From contig NZ_CP007496.1 in NCBI RefSeq assembly GCF_000803625.1, forward strand, positions 390,001 to 422,000: a DNA stretch of 32,000 nucleotides. The letters run 5' to 3'. How positions within the stretch are numbered: the stretch's first letter is position 1; the number at the start of each line of letters is the position of its first letter. Origin of the DNA: Candidatus Nanosynbacter lyticus. GTDB taxonomy: Bacteria; Patescibacteriota; Saccharimonadia; Saccharimonadales; Saccharimonadaceae. Under the pieces are notes generated by a model. It was not told the origin of the DNA. It searched no databases and saw nothing but the letters and a program-made list of their open reading frames with translations. Of this stretch, positions 7,500 through 15,721 are shown in pieces. Position numbers and translations under genes: made by a program.

Positions 7500-9110
7500 T
7501 CAAGCTTGATTACGCAGCTTACACCACGCGTTTAGTTCTGAGGCCAGCTCTTTTGGTTGCGCCTCCGCTTTAATTCCTGGATTAAAAATTCCAGCTGGAT
7601 CAAAGATTTGCTTCACCTTCGCGTATAATTGTTTTTCATCATCTGGCAGATTTTTATAGATAAAGTTGGCTTTTAGCCGACCATCACCACCAAAGCCCGC
7701 AAATGAACCGCCGTATTTTTCAACGATCTGCGCGATTTCAGTCAGTAATTGTAAGATCTTCTGACGCTCGCTCACCTTTTTACTATCAAACATTGGATAT
7801 AATGCGATGTAATCACTCGAAAAGTCAATAAATACCGGAAGATTCACACCGTACTTTGCCTCCAGAGATTTCAAATCGCCGATGAAACTATCCATTTTCT
7901 CTGGCGCCATTAAAATACCAGAAAACGCACGTGGCGTAATCATGTGTGGTTCGCTTGGGTTTTCCGCTAGCGCCAAAACCGAATGCAAGCTGAATAGGTC
8001 CTGCTCTTCTAAATGTAATGTTTTTATATCGACCGCTTCTGATGATTCCAATTTTCGGGTCAATTTCTTTGCAGCTTTATTACGCGCTCGGTCTGAAAAA
8101 TCATCAAAAATAGCCAGGACTACAGCACCCTTAAAGCATTCTTTTGGCGCCCACTCAACGACCTTTCCCACGCTGGCTGCCTGACGGAAGAATCGCCCGT
8201 CAATTATTTCCACAGAGGAAGCTTTATTCTTTATTGCCAGCTCGACGGCCGACTGGGCGTCTGACAATTTCTTATACGAAGCTGCAACAACCGAATATTC
8301 TGGGTGGACGAATTTAGCTTTCATAATGACTTCACAAATCACACCCAAGCTTCCCTGACTACCAATAAATAACGGTGTTAAATCGAACGAACCATCCTTT
8401 TGCTTAACCCGGGAAATTCCACTATAGCCCACAGTATCCGGTAAATCTGGGTCCATCTGGGCGATCAACTCAGCATTGTCCGAAATTAAGTTATCGATCT
8501 CACGATAAATCTCACCCTCAAACGTCGACAATCCCTTTTTCTTGCTCAGATCACGTCGAGATATTCGACCGGTCTGGATGACATCGCCATTACTCAGAAC
8601 GACTTCTAGTTGCTGGACAGTACCAGCAAAATGACCGTGACTTCCAGACAACATGCCAGCAGGAGCAGTACTGATAGCGCCACCAATCGTGCCATCTTCT
8701 GCAATGTATGAAGTGCGTGGCAAACCTAAGCCTTTATGAGTCGACAAAGTTGCGTTAATTGCCGAAAGCGAGATCCCCGCTTGCGCATGAATCAACTGCT
8801 GGCGAGGATCAATACCAACCACACGATTCATGTAAGCTTTTTCATCAATTGCGATACCTTTATTTGCTGCTGCACCCGTCTCATCTGTACCATAGCCACG
8901 AACAAATACCGGCAAAACATGACCTTTTTCCGCTAATTGCGAGCAAAACCGCATCACTTTTCTAATGTCGTTCATATTAGCCGCCTGAACAACCATTTCC
9001 GGCCGACGAGCCAAAAGTCCGTTGTCAACTTCAAACTGGCTCAGCGCAAAATCCTGCGATACAACTTCGCCGCTCAGATGTTCATTCAAATATTTCGCAA
9101 CTTTATTCAT
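7500..9110 (-). CDS. FAD-binding oxidase (GlcD / D-lactate dehydrogenase-like)
   Basis: PVFVRGYGTDETGAAANKGIAID, GTIGGAISTAPAGMLSGSHG, GSQGSLGVICEV, PAGIFNPG motifs. Confidence 0.85.
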   Translation of the reverse strand: MNKVAKYLNEHLSGEVVSQDFALSQFEVDNGLLARRPEMVVQAANMNDIRKVMRFCSQLAEKGHVLPVFVRGYGTDETGAAANKGIAIDEKAYMNRVVGIDPRQQLIHAQAGISLSAINATLSTHKGLGLPRTSYIAEDGTIGGAISTAPAGMLSGSHGHFAGTVQQLEVVLSNGDVIQTGRISRRDLSKKKGLSTFEGEIYREIDNLISDNAELIAQMDPDLPDTVGYSGISRVKQKDGSFDLTPLFIGSQGSLGVICEVIMKAKFVHPEYSVVAASYKKLSDAQSAVELAIKNKASSVEIIDGRFFRQAASVGKVVEWAPKECFKGAVVLAIFDDFSDRARNKAAKKLTRKLESSEAVDIKTLHLEEQDLFSLHSVLALAENPSEPHMITPRAFSGILMAPEKMDSFIGDLKSLEAKYGVNLPVFIDFSSDYIALYPMFDSKKVSERQKILQLLTEIAQIVEKYGGSFAGFGGDGRLKANFIYKNLPDDEKQLYAKVKQIFDPAGIFNPGIKAEAQPKELASELNAWCKLRNQA

Positions 9111-9194
9111 TAATCCTCCTTGGTCTATTGATTTAATTTTAGCATAAGCATGTGTAGTTGATAAGTAGAATTTACTTTGATATAATCAGGTTAT

Positions 9195-9235
9195 GCGGAT
9201 GTGGTGGAATTGGTAGACGCGCTAGCCTTAGGAGC
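9195..9235 (+). pseudogene. tRNA-Leu 5' half (split gene)
   Basis: GCGGATGTGGTGGAATTGGTAGACGCGCTAGCCTTAGGAGC with anticodon TAG; no T arm or 3' acceptor follows. Promoter TTGATA-17-TATAAT upstream. Confidence 0.85.
9222..9235 (+). repeat. attL-like direct repeat CTAGCCTTAGGAGC
   Basis: Identical to 12354-12367. Confidence 0.75.
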
Positions 9236-9299
9236 TAACAAGCTTGCTTACCTATTCTTGTATTTTATAGGGGTAATATAGCTTTTTCTTACTAAAATA

Positions 9300-9337
9300 G
9301 GAGTCTATTCTTGCAACAGACTCCTCTTTTAGACTCC
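9300..9337. repeat. Arm-type site cluster near the left end
   Basis: GGAGTCTA 9300-9307 (inverted TAGACTCC), AGACTCC 9318-9324, TAGACTCC 9330-9337. Confidence 0.55.
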
Positions 9338-9345
9338 TTTATTGT

Positions 9346-9975
9346 TCATAAGGATGTTTTTGCTTGGTCGTTGTCGTTATGTTTATTGTAAATTTTATCG
9401 GTTACAGCGAGAAGTGCATTTGATTTTTCTGTTTCGGTTGAGTGAGTATAGATTTGCAAATTTGTTGTTATTGAAGAATGCCCAAGGATAACTTGTGCAT
9501 CTTTTGCCGAGACGTTAGCTTCTTTGAGCATTGTAGCAACGCTATGGCGAATCTCATGAAGCGTTATCTCTTTTAATTCCACTTTTCGGGCAGCATCTTT
9601 AGATGTTTTGATAAAGCTTCTACCGTCTATCGGGTTGTCTTTTTTGGTAAGGTAGAGAAGTTCGTCACCATCTGGATAGAGCCATCGTTCATATTCTGCT
9701 TGCAGCTCCTGTTTTATACTCGGCAGAAGTAGCAGATCGCGAGCACTTGTCCTTGTTTTGAGTGAGCCGATTTTTGGCTCATGTCCTACGAGATAAACTT
9801 GCTGTCTGATATGTATAGTTTTTCGGTAAAGTCAATGTCTTTCCAGTGCAAGCCAAACGCTTCACCGCGTCGTAATTCATAATGACACATGATAAGGAAT
9901 AAACCGTAGTATGGATGGTCTGTTATAGAGTAAGATGCCTTAAAAATGCTATAATGACCTCCAGTATAGGCAACA
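9346..9975 (-). pseudogene. Tyrosine recombinase/integrase remnant (catalytic domain, N-terminally truncated, frameshifted)
   Basis: Concatenated frames read ...YELRRGEAFGLHWKDIDFTEK / TIHIRQQVYLVGHEPKIGSLKTRTSARDLLLLPSI...LHEIRHSVATMLKEANVSAKDAQVILGHSSITTNLQIYTH; frame change at the homopolymer 9819-9823. Confidence 0.85.
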
Positions 9976-9994
9976 AGTTTAAGGAGGAAAGATT

Positions 9995-10366
9995 ATGGAT
10001 TATAAAGAAATAAAGCTTAATGTTTCAAATGATAAAATTAAAGAATATAAGCAATTTGAGGGCTTAAAAATATATTCTGATATTTTTAAATCTGAAGATG
10101 AAAAGGTATTGATCAACAAAAGAATATATATTACAAAAAAACAGAATTATGTTTATTACGAAAGAACAGATGTAAATTGGAATTATTGGTCAAACGAAAG
10201 AAATTATAATTCAACATTTAATCCAGAGAATGATAGTAAACACAACATTATATTTGAAGTTTCATCAAAATTAAGCGATTTTATTAAATATTTGGGAGAA
10301 GAAATAATTCGGAAGATTGAATTGAAACAGCACAATGGAGAAATTGTTGAGATATTAGATATTTGA
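9995..10366 (+). CDS. Small accessory protein, 123 aa, C-terminus EILDI
   Basis: AAGGAGG SD; TATAAT upstream; terminator at 10466-10500. The C-terminal EILDI matches the motif of the EXLDI small-protein family as I recall it. Confidence 0.65.
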   Translation: MDYKEIKLNVSNDKIKEYKQFEGLKIYSDIFKSEDEKVLINKRIYITKKQNYVYYERTDVNWNYWSNERNYNSTFNPENDSKHNIIFEVSSKLSDFIKYLGEEIIRKIELKQHNGEIVEILDI

Positions 10367-10465
10367 TTGTGTTATGAAGAATGAAGCATTGACTGAAAAT
10401 ATAATATCTACTCAAGCACGTAGAACTCCTAATTTTAGTAATATCAATTAAATAAAAATAGTATA

Positions 10466-10500
10466 AAAAAACAGTAAATCGAAAAAGGTTTACTGTTTTT
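10466..10500 (+). terminator. Intrinsic terminator
   Basis: ACAGTAAA (10471-10478)/TTTACTGT (10489-10496) flanked by A6/T6 runs. Confidence 0.8.
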
Positions 10501-10586
10501 TCTTTGCTTAAAAATAGAAAGAGAGGAAAAGAAAAAATGAAAAGTCGCTTTTTCAAGCGACAATTTCGAAAAAATTCAGATTTTGG

Positions 10587-10668
10587 TGCGGATGAAAGGA
10601 CTTGAACCTTCACGCCGTGAGGCATATGCTCCTAAGGCATACGTGTCTACCAATTCCACCACATCCGC
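10587..10668 (-). tRNA. tRNA-Leu(TAG), intact, inside the island
   Basis: GCGGATGTGGTGGAATTGGTAGACACGTATGCCTTAGGAGCATATGCCTCACGGCGTGAAGGTTCAAGTCCTTTCATCCGCA + CCA (10586..10584); anticodon stem TATGC/GCATA. Confidence 0.93.
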
Positions 10669-10744
10669 ATATTTGATATTGTGAAATATTTCTGTAAGCA
10701 AGTATATCAGTAAATAAAATAAATTACCACATTTTTAACATTTT

Positions 10745-12037
10745 TTATTTAACAGGAATTTTCTTTGCTAAATCTAATAACAACTCAATCAATTGCGAAC
10801 TCATAATAGGAGCTTCCTCTTTGCTTTTAAATAATCCTTTTGATTTTTTAACTTGATTATTCTCTTCATTATTGAATATTCGGTATGCAACTGTTTTGAT
10901 AATTTCATTTCTTAGTTTTACATCACCTTCAATACTTAGCAGATAAGGCTTTAGCGCTTTAAGTTGATGAGCTGTTCGTTGATTAGCTCGCTGTGCTTTG
11001 CGATGTTCGCTTGATTGAGTGGCTGTGTATCCTGCTACACCTCCAGCAATTAGCATAACAAATGCTCGAGCTACTAAGAATTGCCATGACACATCTTTAA
11101 TATGAATGACTTCACAAACTACCAAGCAAGAAAATATTAATACCGCAAAAAGCAAGCGCACCGTTATTTTACGCCACCTATCAGCAGCTTCCATGTCTTC
11201 CTTAGCACTACTAGAATAATCGTGGATTAGTGTTTTATCTCCAGCCATATTCAATAATTCATCTATTCTAGCAAGACTATCTTTTGCCTTCGCCTCAGTA
11301 GCGTTTAGTTTTTTATTTATGTCAGCCGCAGTGCGATCGGCTTCATCACTCTTTTTGCTAAACGTTTCTTTGATTGTGCGTTTCTGCTCTTCGATAAATT
11401 TATTAACTGCCTCATTACGTACATTTTCAGATTTTGTAAATGATAATTGTTGTAAATCAGAGATTTTATTTGAAGAATCTTTTATGTCTTTTAAATCTTT
11501 GTTAAGTTCACCTATTTTCACACCAAGTGCTTCAAACTCGTTTTTAGCTTCAGTAACTTTTTCGTCAATGGTCTTTTCTGCAGTAGTTCCTTTAGCAGAT
11601 ATACTATCAATCTCTTTTGCTGCTGTACGCTTATATTGACCGACTGACCTATTCAATCCCGCAATAGCCTTGCGAGTTTCCTTTATGTCCATAGCGGGTG
11701 TCAATGAAGTAATGTACGACAATATACCATCAATGTATCCATTCATATAAGAAATACCTAGATACACATCATCGCGAGTGTTTTGCCAGTTATCAAAACA
11801 CGAACTTACACTTGAGAGATAACTGCCAATATTATCAATACTTGATACTGATAATAGACGATTATCTGTATTATCAAGTCTATCCACTAAAAGCTCAATG
11901 ACCAATTTTGCCCGATTGATATCATCGATTGCTTCAATAGACACGCTGTCAGAGTTTATCTCATTAAACTTAGCTAATAATTTCTTGGCTGCAGTATATG
12001 TGGCACTATTCTGTATACGATCTTCCCATTTGCTCAT
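10745..12037 (-). CDS. Coiled-coil protein with two predicted TM segments, 430 aa, island cargo
   Basis: Long heptad-rich region followed by LLFAVLIFSCLVVCEVI and FVMLIAGGVAGYTA hydrophobic segments. Confidence 0.75.
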   Translation of the reverse strand: MSKWEDRIQNSATYTAAKKLLAKFNEINSDSVSIEAIDDINRAKLVIELLVDRLDNTDNRLLSVSSIDNIGSYLSSVSSCFDNWQNTRDDVYLGISYMNGYIDGILSYITSLTPAMDIKETRKAIAGLNRSVGQYKRTAAKEIDSISAKGTTAEKTIDEKVTEAKNEFEALGVKIGELNKDLKDIKDSSNKISDLQQLSFTKSENVRNEAVNKFIEEQKRTIKETFSKKSDEADRTAADINKKLNATEAKAKDSLARIDELLNMAGDKTLIHDYSSSAKEDMEAADRWRKITVRLLFAVLIFSCLVVCEVIHIKDVSWQFLVARAFVMLIAGGVAGYTATQSSEHRKAQRANQRTAHQLKALKPYLLSIEGDVKLRNEIIKTVAYRIFNNEENNQVKKSKGLFKSKEEAPIMSSQLIELLLDLAKKIPVK

Positions 12038-12170
12038 GAGGCGTTATTCCTTTTTTGCTTAATTAGTTTGCCACCCCTTATTTTAACTTCAACTATAATT
12101 ATATCACTTTTGTTCTTGAGAACGGCTACCCCCTAAGAGTAGAGAATCTTACTTATCCAATTTGATTAAT

Positions 12171-12202
12171 TAGACTCCGCACTAGACTCCAGAATTGACT
12201 CC
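12171..12202 (+). repeat. Arm-type site cluster near the right end
   Basis: TAGACTCC 12171-12178, TAGACTCC 12183-12190, TTGACTCC 12195-12202, exact 12-nt spacing. Confidence 0.6.
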
Positions 12203-12353
12203 TTGCAGCCCAGTACAATAACAAACAAAAAACAACGAGTTAGAACTAACTCTTATATCATTTTTGCCTTTATTGTCCATTATTTGCCTGCTGGAGGCCT
12301 CTTGCCGGCGGTGTGCGTAAGTTCTCCACTAAGTGAAAAGAAGGCTTAATTAT

Positions 12354-12367
12354 CTAGCCTTAGGAGC
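12354..12367 (+). repeat. attR-like direct repeat CTAGCCTTAGGAGC
   Basis: Identical to 9222-9235. Confidence 0.75.
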
Positions 12368-12411
12368 ATGTGCCTCACGGCGTGAAGGTTCAAGTCCTTT
12401 CATCCGCACCA
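12358..12411 (+). pseudogene. tRNA-Leu 3' half with CCA
   Basis: CCTTAGGAGCATGTGCCTCACGGCGTGAAGGTTCAAGTCCTTTCATCCGCACCA, one mismatch to the intact tRNA-Leu(TAG). Confidence 0.85.
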
Positions 12412-12580
12412 TTACGTTATATATACGGATTTTTTTCGGAATTGTCGCCTGTAATATGGCGACTTTTTAATTGTTATGAAAATATTATTGACTATACCAA
12501 AACGCCTATGCTACAATCACGCCAAGGCAAATAATAATGCGAGATATCCACTTGGATCATCGAGGAGGGTTTATATTAAT

Positions 12581-13210
12581 ATGAGCAAAGCAAATAACTA
12601 TTTCCGAAGGCAGCGTATTGGCCTGGCGGTTGTCGGCGGAATTATGACACTGATGGTGGCGTTTAGCTTGACGCCAACATTCGCTGGTGTCGTCGCAACC
12701 ATCACCAACAGCGTAAACACCGCATCAACTGGTACGTTGGTTATGGAAGAAAAGAACCACGACGGAACAGTTACCTGCACCACTACCGGTACCGGTAGCG
12801 CCACTTGTGCAACCATCAACAAATATGGCGGCCAAGCACTCGTTCCAGGCGGCAGCACTGACACGACTGTAAAAATTACCAACAAGGGTAGCATCGCTGC
12901 CAGCGCCTTCACTGTTAAGGGTGGTGCTTGTACAACTGAGAATGCGCCAGGCGCCTCAGTCTCTGGTACGGGTAACTTGTGTAGCAAAATGACCGTTACC
13001 GTCCGTGCTAACGGTACACAGGTTTGGAGCGGTACGGCAGAAGCCTTCCAGCAAGCAGTAGCTCAAGATATCAAGACAGTCGTTGGTCACCCAATTGCAC
13101 CAAATGAGACAGTTACATTGATCATAACTGCTGCACTGCCAGCAAACACTGACGCCAGCTTCCAGGGTCGCCAAATTTCACAGCCAATCACCTGGCAATT
13201 TAGCGCCTAG
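12581..13210 (+). CDS. TasA/camelysin-like secreted protein (start corrected from 12476)
   Basis: GAGGAGG SD before ATG 12581; promoter TTGACT-18-TACAAT lies inside the longer track ORF. Signal peptide and FAGVVATITNSVNTASTGTLVM N-terminus typical of SipW substrates. Confidence 0.75.
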   Translation: MSKANNYFRRQRIGLAVVGGIMTLMVAFSLTPTFAGVVATITNSVNTASTGTLVMEEKNHDGTVTCTTTGTGSATCATINKYGGQALVPGGSTDTTVKITNKGSIAASAFTVKGGACTTENAPGASVSGTGNLCSKMTVTVRANGTQVWSGTAEAFQQAVAQDIKTVVGHPIAPNETVTLIITAALPANTDASFQGRQISQPITWQFSA

Positions 13211-13251
13211 TATCTCATAAATAGCCGTAAAATCTGATATACTGAAGGGTA

Positions 13252-14982
13252 ATGAAATTTAGTAAAACCAGCATTTGGGTAATAGCAGCACTGAGCCTAC
13301 TAAGTCTAGGCTCAGTGCTCGTACTACACCTAGCTGGTTTTCGCTTTTTTACCATCGCCACACCAAGTATGGGCGAAACCGCTCCAGTCGGGACGCTAAT
13401 CGTTACGCAGCCGCAACAATCCTATAACAAAGACGACATCATCACGTTTTATCGTAGCGGCAGTGTATACACTCACCGCCTAACTAAAATCAATGACGAC
13501 CACAGCTACACCACCAAAGGTGACCTCAACGCCGTAGCAGATTCTTTGTCGGTGGCTAACCGAGACGTGATCGGCAAAGCGGTGGTAATTGCTCCTGTGT
13601 GGGGCTGGGTCTGGCGTGCTGCGCCGATATTACTGATCGGCTGGATCATCGTCTATTTGCTTTCGTGTATCAAGCGACTGCGTGAACGCTGGCGTTGGCC
13701 AGTTCGCATCATTGGCGGAACGCTGGTGGTTATCTTGGCCACATTGATCCTTAATCCGTGGCTTCGTGCTGACATGCTCAGTATCGCTACGCACCAGCAA
13801 AATGACGTGCGACTTCACATTGTCAATACGGGTATTTTCCCTATTCGTGATGATGACGGCAACCGTGTTCATACTGGTCAAACCGCCATCGTGCGGGCCA
13901 CCGAAACCGACGCGCAGGGGCATTATATTTACGTGCCACGGCCGTCACTTGGGCCAACGGGCGTGGTGTTTGCGCTATTGTGGTGTCTGCTGCCGCTATT
14001 CATAGCGCTGTTAGTAAAATTGCCGCCACCAGAAGAAGAAATTACCGGACTGCAGCTTGTTCATGAGCGAAATCGCAACATGATGCTACTCGCTATCATC
14101 ATCTTGTTTGAAGTAGTGCTTCTGACCGTACAATTGTCTTCTCTGGCAGGATTTACCGCGACCATACAAAATAGCACCAACCGTGTCCAAGCTCGCGCCT
14201 ACTTCAAGTGCTCCGAAGCTACCTGGATTCGGTCACAAATTCGCCCCAATCCTCAGCCGTATTTTGCTTGGGCGCTCAACAGTGACCATGCCGCCAACCC
14301 TATCGTGACTGATCTCTCTGGCAATGGCAACCATGGCAAACCTTCGCCGAGCGATGGCTCACCCAGCCGCGCCAGCGTCTCAAACACCGGTTGTGTGCGC
14401 GACGATCGACGCGTTTCAGTATTTAACGGAGTAAACGCCTGTCTCACTCACGGAACGTCAGCAGAGCAGAAGGTCAATCCTGCGCCAAATACCTTTAGCC
14501 TGGAGGTGTGGTTTAGCACTAATTATCGAAGCAATGGTCGACTAATGGGCTTTAGCTCTTTATACGAAGGTGACTATAACGGCGGTGGACAAAGTGATCG
14601 TCATATATATATTGATAAAGACGGTCGAGTAGTATTTGGAGTTTACAACGGAGGCATCAAACTTGTTGCTTCAAAAGCTGGAGTAGATTATGCTGATGGC
14701 CGCTGGCATCACGTCGTTGCCACTATGTCGCCAAGCGGTGCGACACTCTACTTAGATGGAAACCGCGTCGACACCAATACATCAATGACTGCCGGAGAAA
14801 ATGTACCTAACGGCGGATACTGGAAGGTTGGATGCGGCAAATTGACTTATTGGAAAAATGCTGACGACAGCGAATATCAAGGCCCTAAGTATTTTAAAGG
14901 CAGTATGCAATACAGCTCAGTCTATACGACTGCCCTCACCGAACAACAAGCTCGTGACCACTATTTGGCGGGCGCCCTATAG
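13252..14982 (+). CDS. SipW-like signal peptidase I fused to a C-terminal LamG/concanavalin-like domain
   Basis: Peptidase: TPSMGETAPVGTLIVTQP..., YTHRLTKINDDHSYTTKGDLNAVAD; C-terminus: FSLEVWFSTNYRSNGRLMGF...DGRWHHVVATMSPSGATLYLDGNRVDT. Confidence 0.85.
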   Translation: MKFSKTSIWVIAALSLLSLGSVLVLHLAGFRFFTIATPSMGETAPVGTLIVTQPQQSYNKDDIITFYRSGSVYTHRLTKINDDHSYTTKGDLNAVADSLSVANRDVIGKAVVIAPVWGWVWRAAPILLIGWIIVYLLSCIKRLRERWRWPVRIIGGTLVVILATLILNPWLRADMLSIATHQQNDVRLHIVNTGIFPIRDDDGNRVHTGQTAIVRATETDAQGHYIYVPRPSLGPTGVVFALLWCLLPLFIALLVKLPPPEEEITGLQLVHERNRNMMLLAIIILFEVVLLTVQLSSLAGFTATIQNSTNRVQARAYFKCSEATWIRSQIRPNPQPYFAWALNSDHAANPIVTDLSGNGNHGKPSPSDGSPSRASVSNTGCVRDDRRVSVFNGVNACLTHGTSAEQKVNPAPNTFSLEVWFSTNYRSNGRLMGFSSLYEGDYNGGGQSDRHIYIDKDGRVVFGVYNGGIKLVASKAGVDYADGRWHHVVATMSPSGATLYLDGNRVDTNTSMTAGENVPNGGYWKVGCGKLTYWKNADDSEYQGPKYFKGSMQYSSVYTTALTEQQARDHYLAGAL

Positions 14983-15005
14983 TAGTATATAATTGGAATA
15001 GCGAT

Positions 15006-15079
15006 GGGAAATTAGCTCAGCTGGCTAGAGCGCACGATTCACATTCGTGAGGTCACAGGTTCAAGCCCTGTATTTCCCA
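15006..15079 (+). tRNA. tRNA-Val(CAC)
   Basis: GGGAAATTAGCTCAGCTGGCTAGAGCGCACGATTCACATTCGTG...CCTGTATTTCCCA + CCA (15080-15082). Confidence 0.93.
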
Positions 15080-15101
15080 CCATTTCACGTTAGATATAAA
15101 T

Positions 15102-15623
15102 ATGGAATCTTTTTACGTTACGTCAACTCATCTTGACATAGATATGGTGACCAAACCTCATCCTTCTGGATTGGTTATATTCTCACGAGAATTATCTACA
15201 AACAGAGATCTATCTGGGCACATAATAATATCTCCCGAGAACCATCATACAGATATATATTGTGATTACCTTGAAAGAAATGAAGCTTTATTAGCGGAGC
15301 GTGAACATTGGGGAGTAAAAATTCGACAGGACAAGATTGTAAATTACTTCGCCCGAACAGAACCTGCTTACGGAATATACATACCTCAGCTAGACGATAT
15401 GCCGGACCATCCCGAGCTACTAATAGCTTGTACGAAGAATAGAAAAGCGAAGAGATTAGCCCGCCAAGAATTAAAAATAAATCCGACGCAAGTTAAATTG
15501 GCAACACAAGCCATCAGTATAGTAATGGCTGATTCAGATATTTTGCATAGAGCCGACGGCAAAACTCGACTGATAAATTTTCCAAAAGACCAACTTGACA
15601 AGCAGCAAGTTGCAGTATATTAA
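15102..15623 (+). CDS. Hypothetical protein, 173 aa
   Basis: Open frame; no family recognised. Confidence 0.6.
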   Translation: MESFYVTSTHLDIDMVTKPHPSGLVIFSRELSTNRDLSGHIIISPENHHTDIYCDYLERNEALLAEREHWGVKIRQDKIVNYFARTEPAYGIYIPQLDDMPDHPELLIACTKNRKAKRLARQELKINPTQVKLATQAISIVMADSDILHRADGKTRLINFPKDQLDKQQVAVY

Positions 15624-15691
15624 AGTATTAAACACAACTTCCACTCTTTTTATTTTCCCCTATTCATGATAAAATTCTATATTAAGAGGAA

Positions 15692-15721
15692 GGTCTGCTA
15701 CTAACATCAGACCATATTTTT
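15692..15721 (+). promoter_or_regulatory. Terminator-like hairpin directly before typA
   Basis: GGTCTG (15692-15697) / CAGACC (15708-15713) followed by ATATTTTT and the ATG at 15722. Confidence 0.55.

Larger units (their letters stand above)
9222..12367. mobile_element. Putative integrated island in the anticodon loop of a tRNA-Leu gene (~3.1 kb)
   Basis: 14-bp direct repeat CTAGCCTTAGGAGC at 9222-9235 and 12354-12367 at the split tRNA halves; integrase remnant; repeated TAGACTCC near both ends; accessory cargo. Confidence 0.7.

Noticed and set aside
10471-10496. Hairpin ACAGTAAA/TTTACTGT as a possible transposon end
   Set aside because: A/T flanks and position after the 9995..10366 gene fit an intrinsic terminator; no partner repeat seen.
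12238-12253. GAGTTA-GAAC-TAACTC hairpin as an element end
   Set aside because: Short, without T tract or a second copy; insufficient evidence.
9195-12411. Group I (or other) intron in tRNA-Leu
   Set aside because: The insert has a 14-bp duplication at the junctions, an integrase remnant, an internal complete tRNA and an opposite-strand protein gene; no intron core was recognised. Spliced RNA data would be needed to overturn this.
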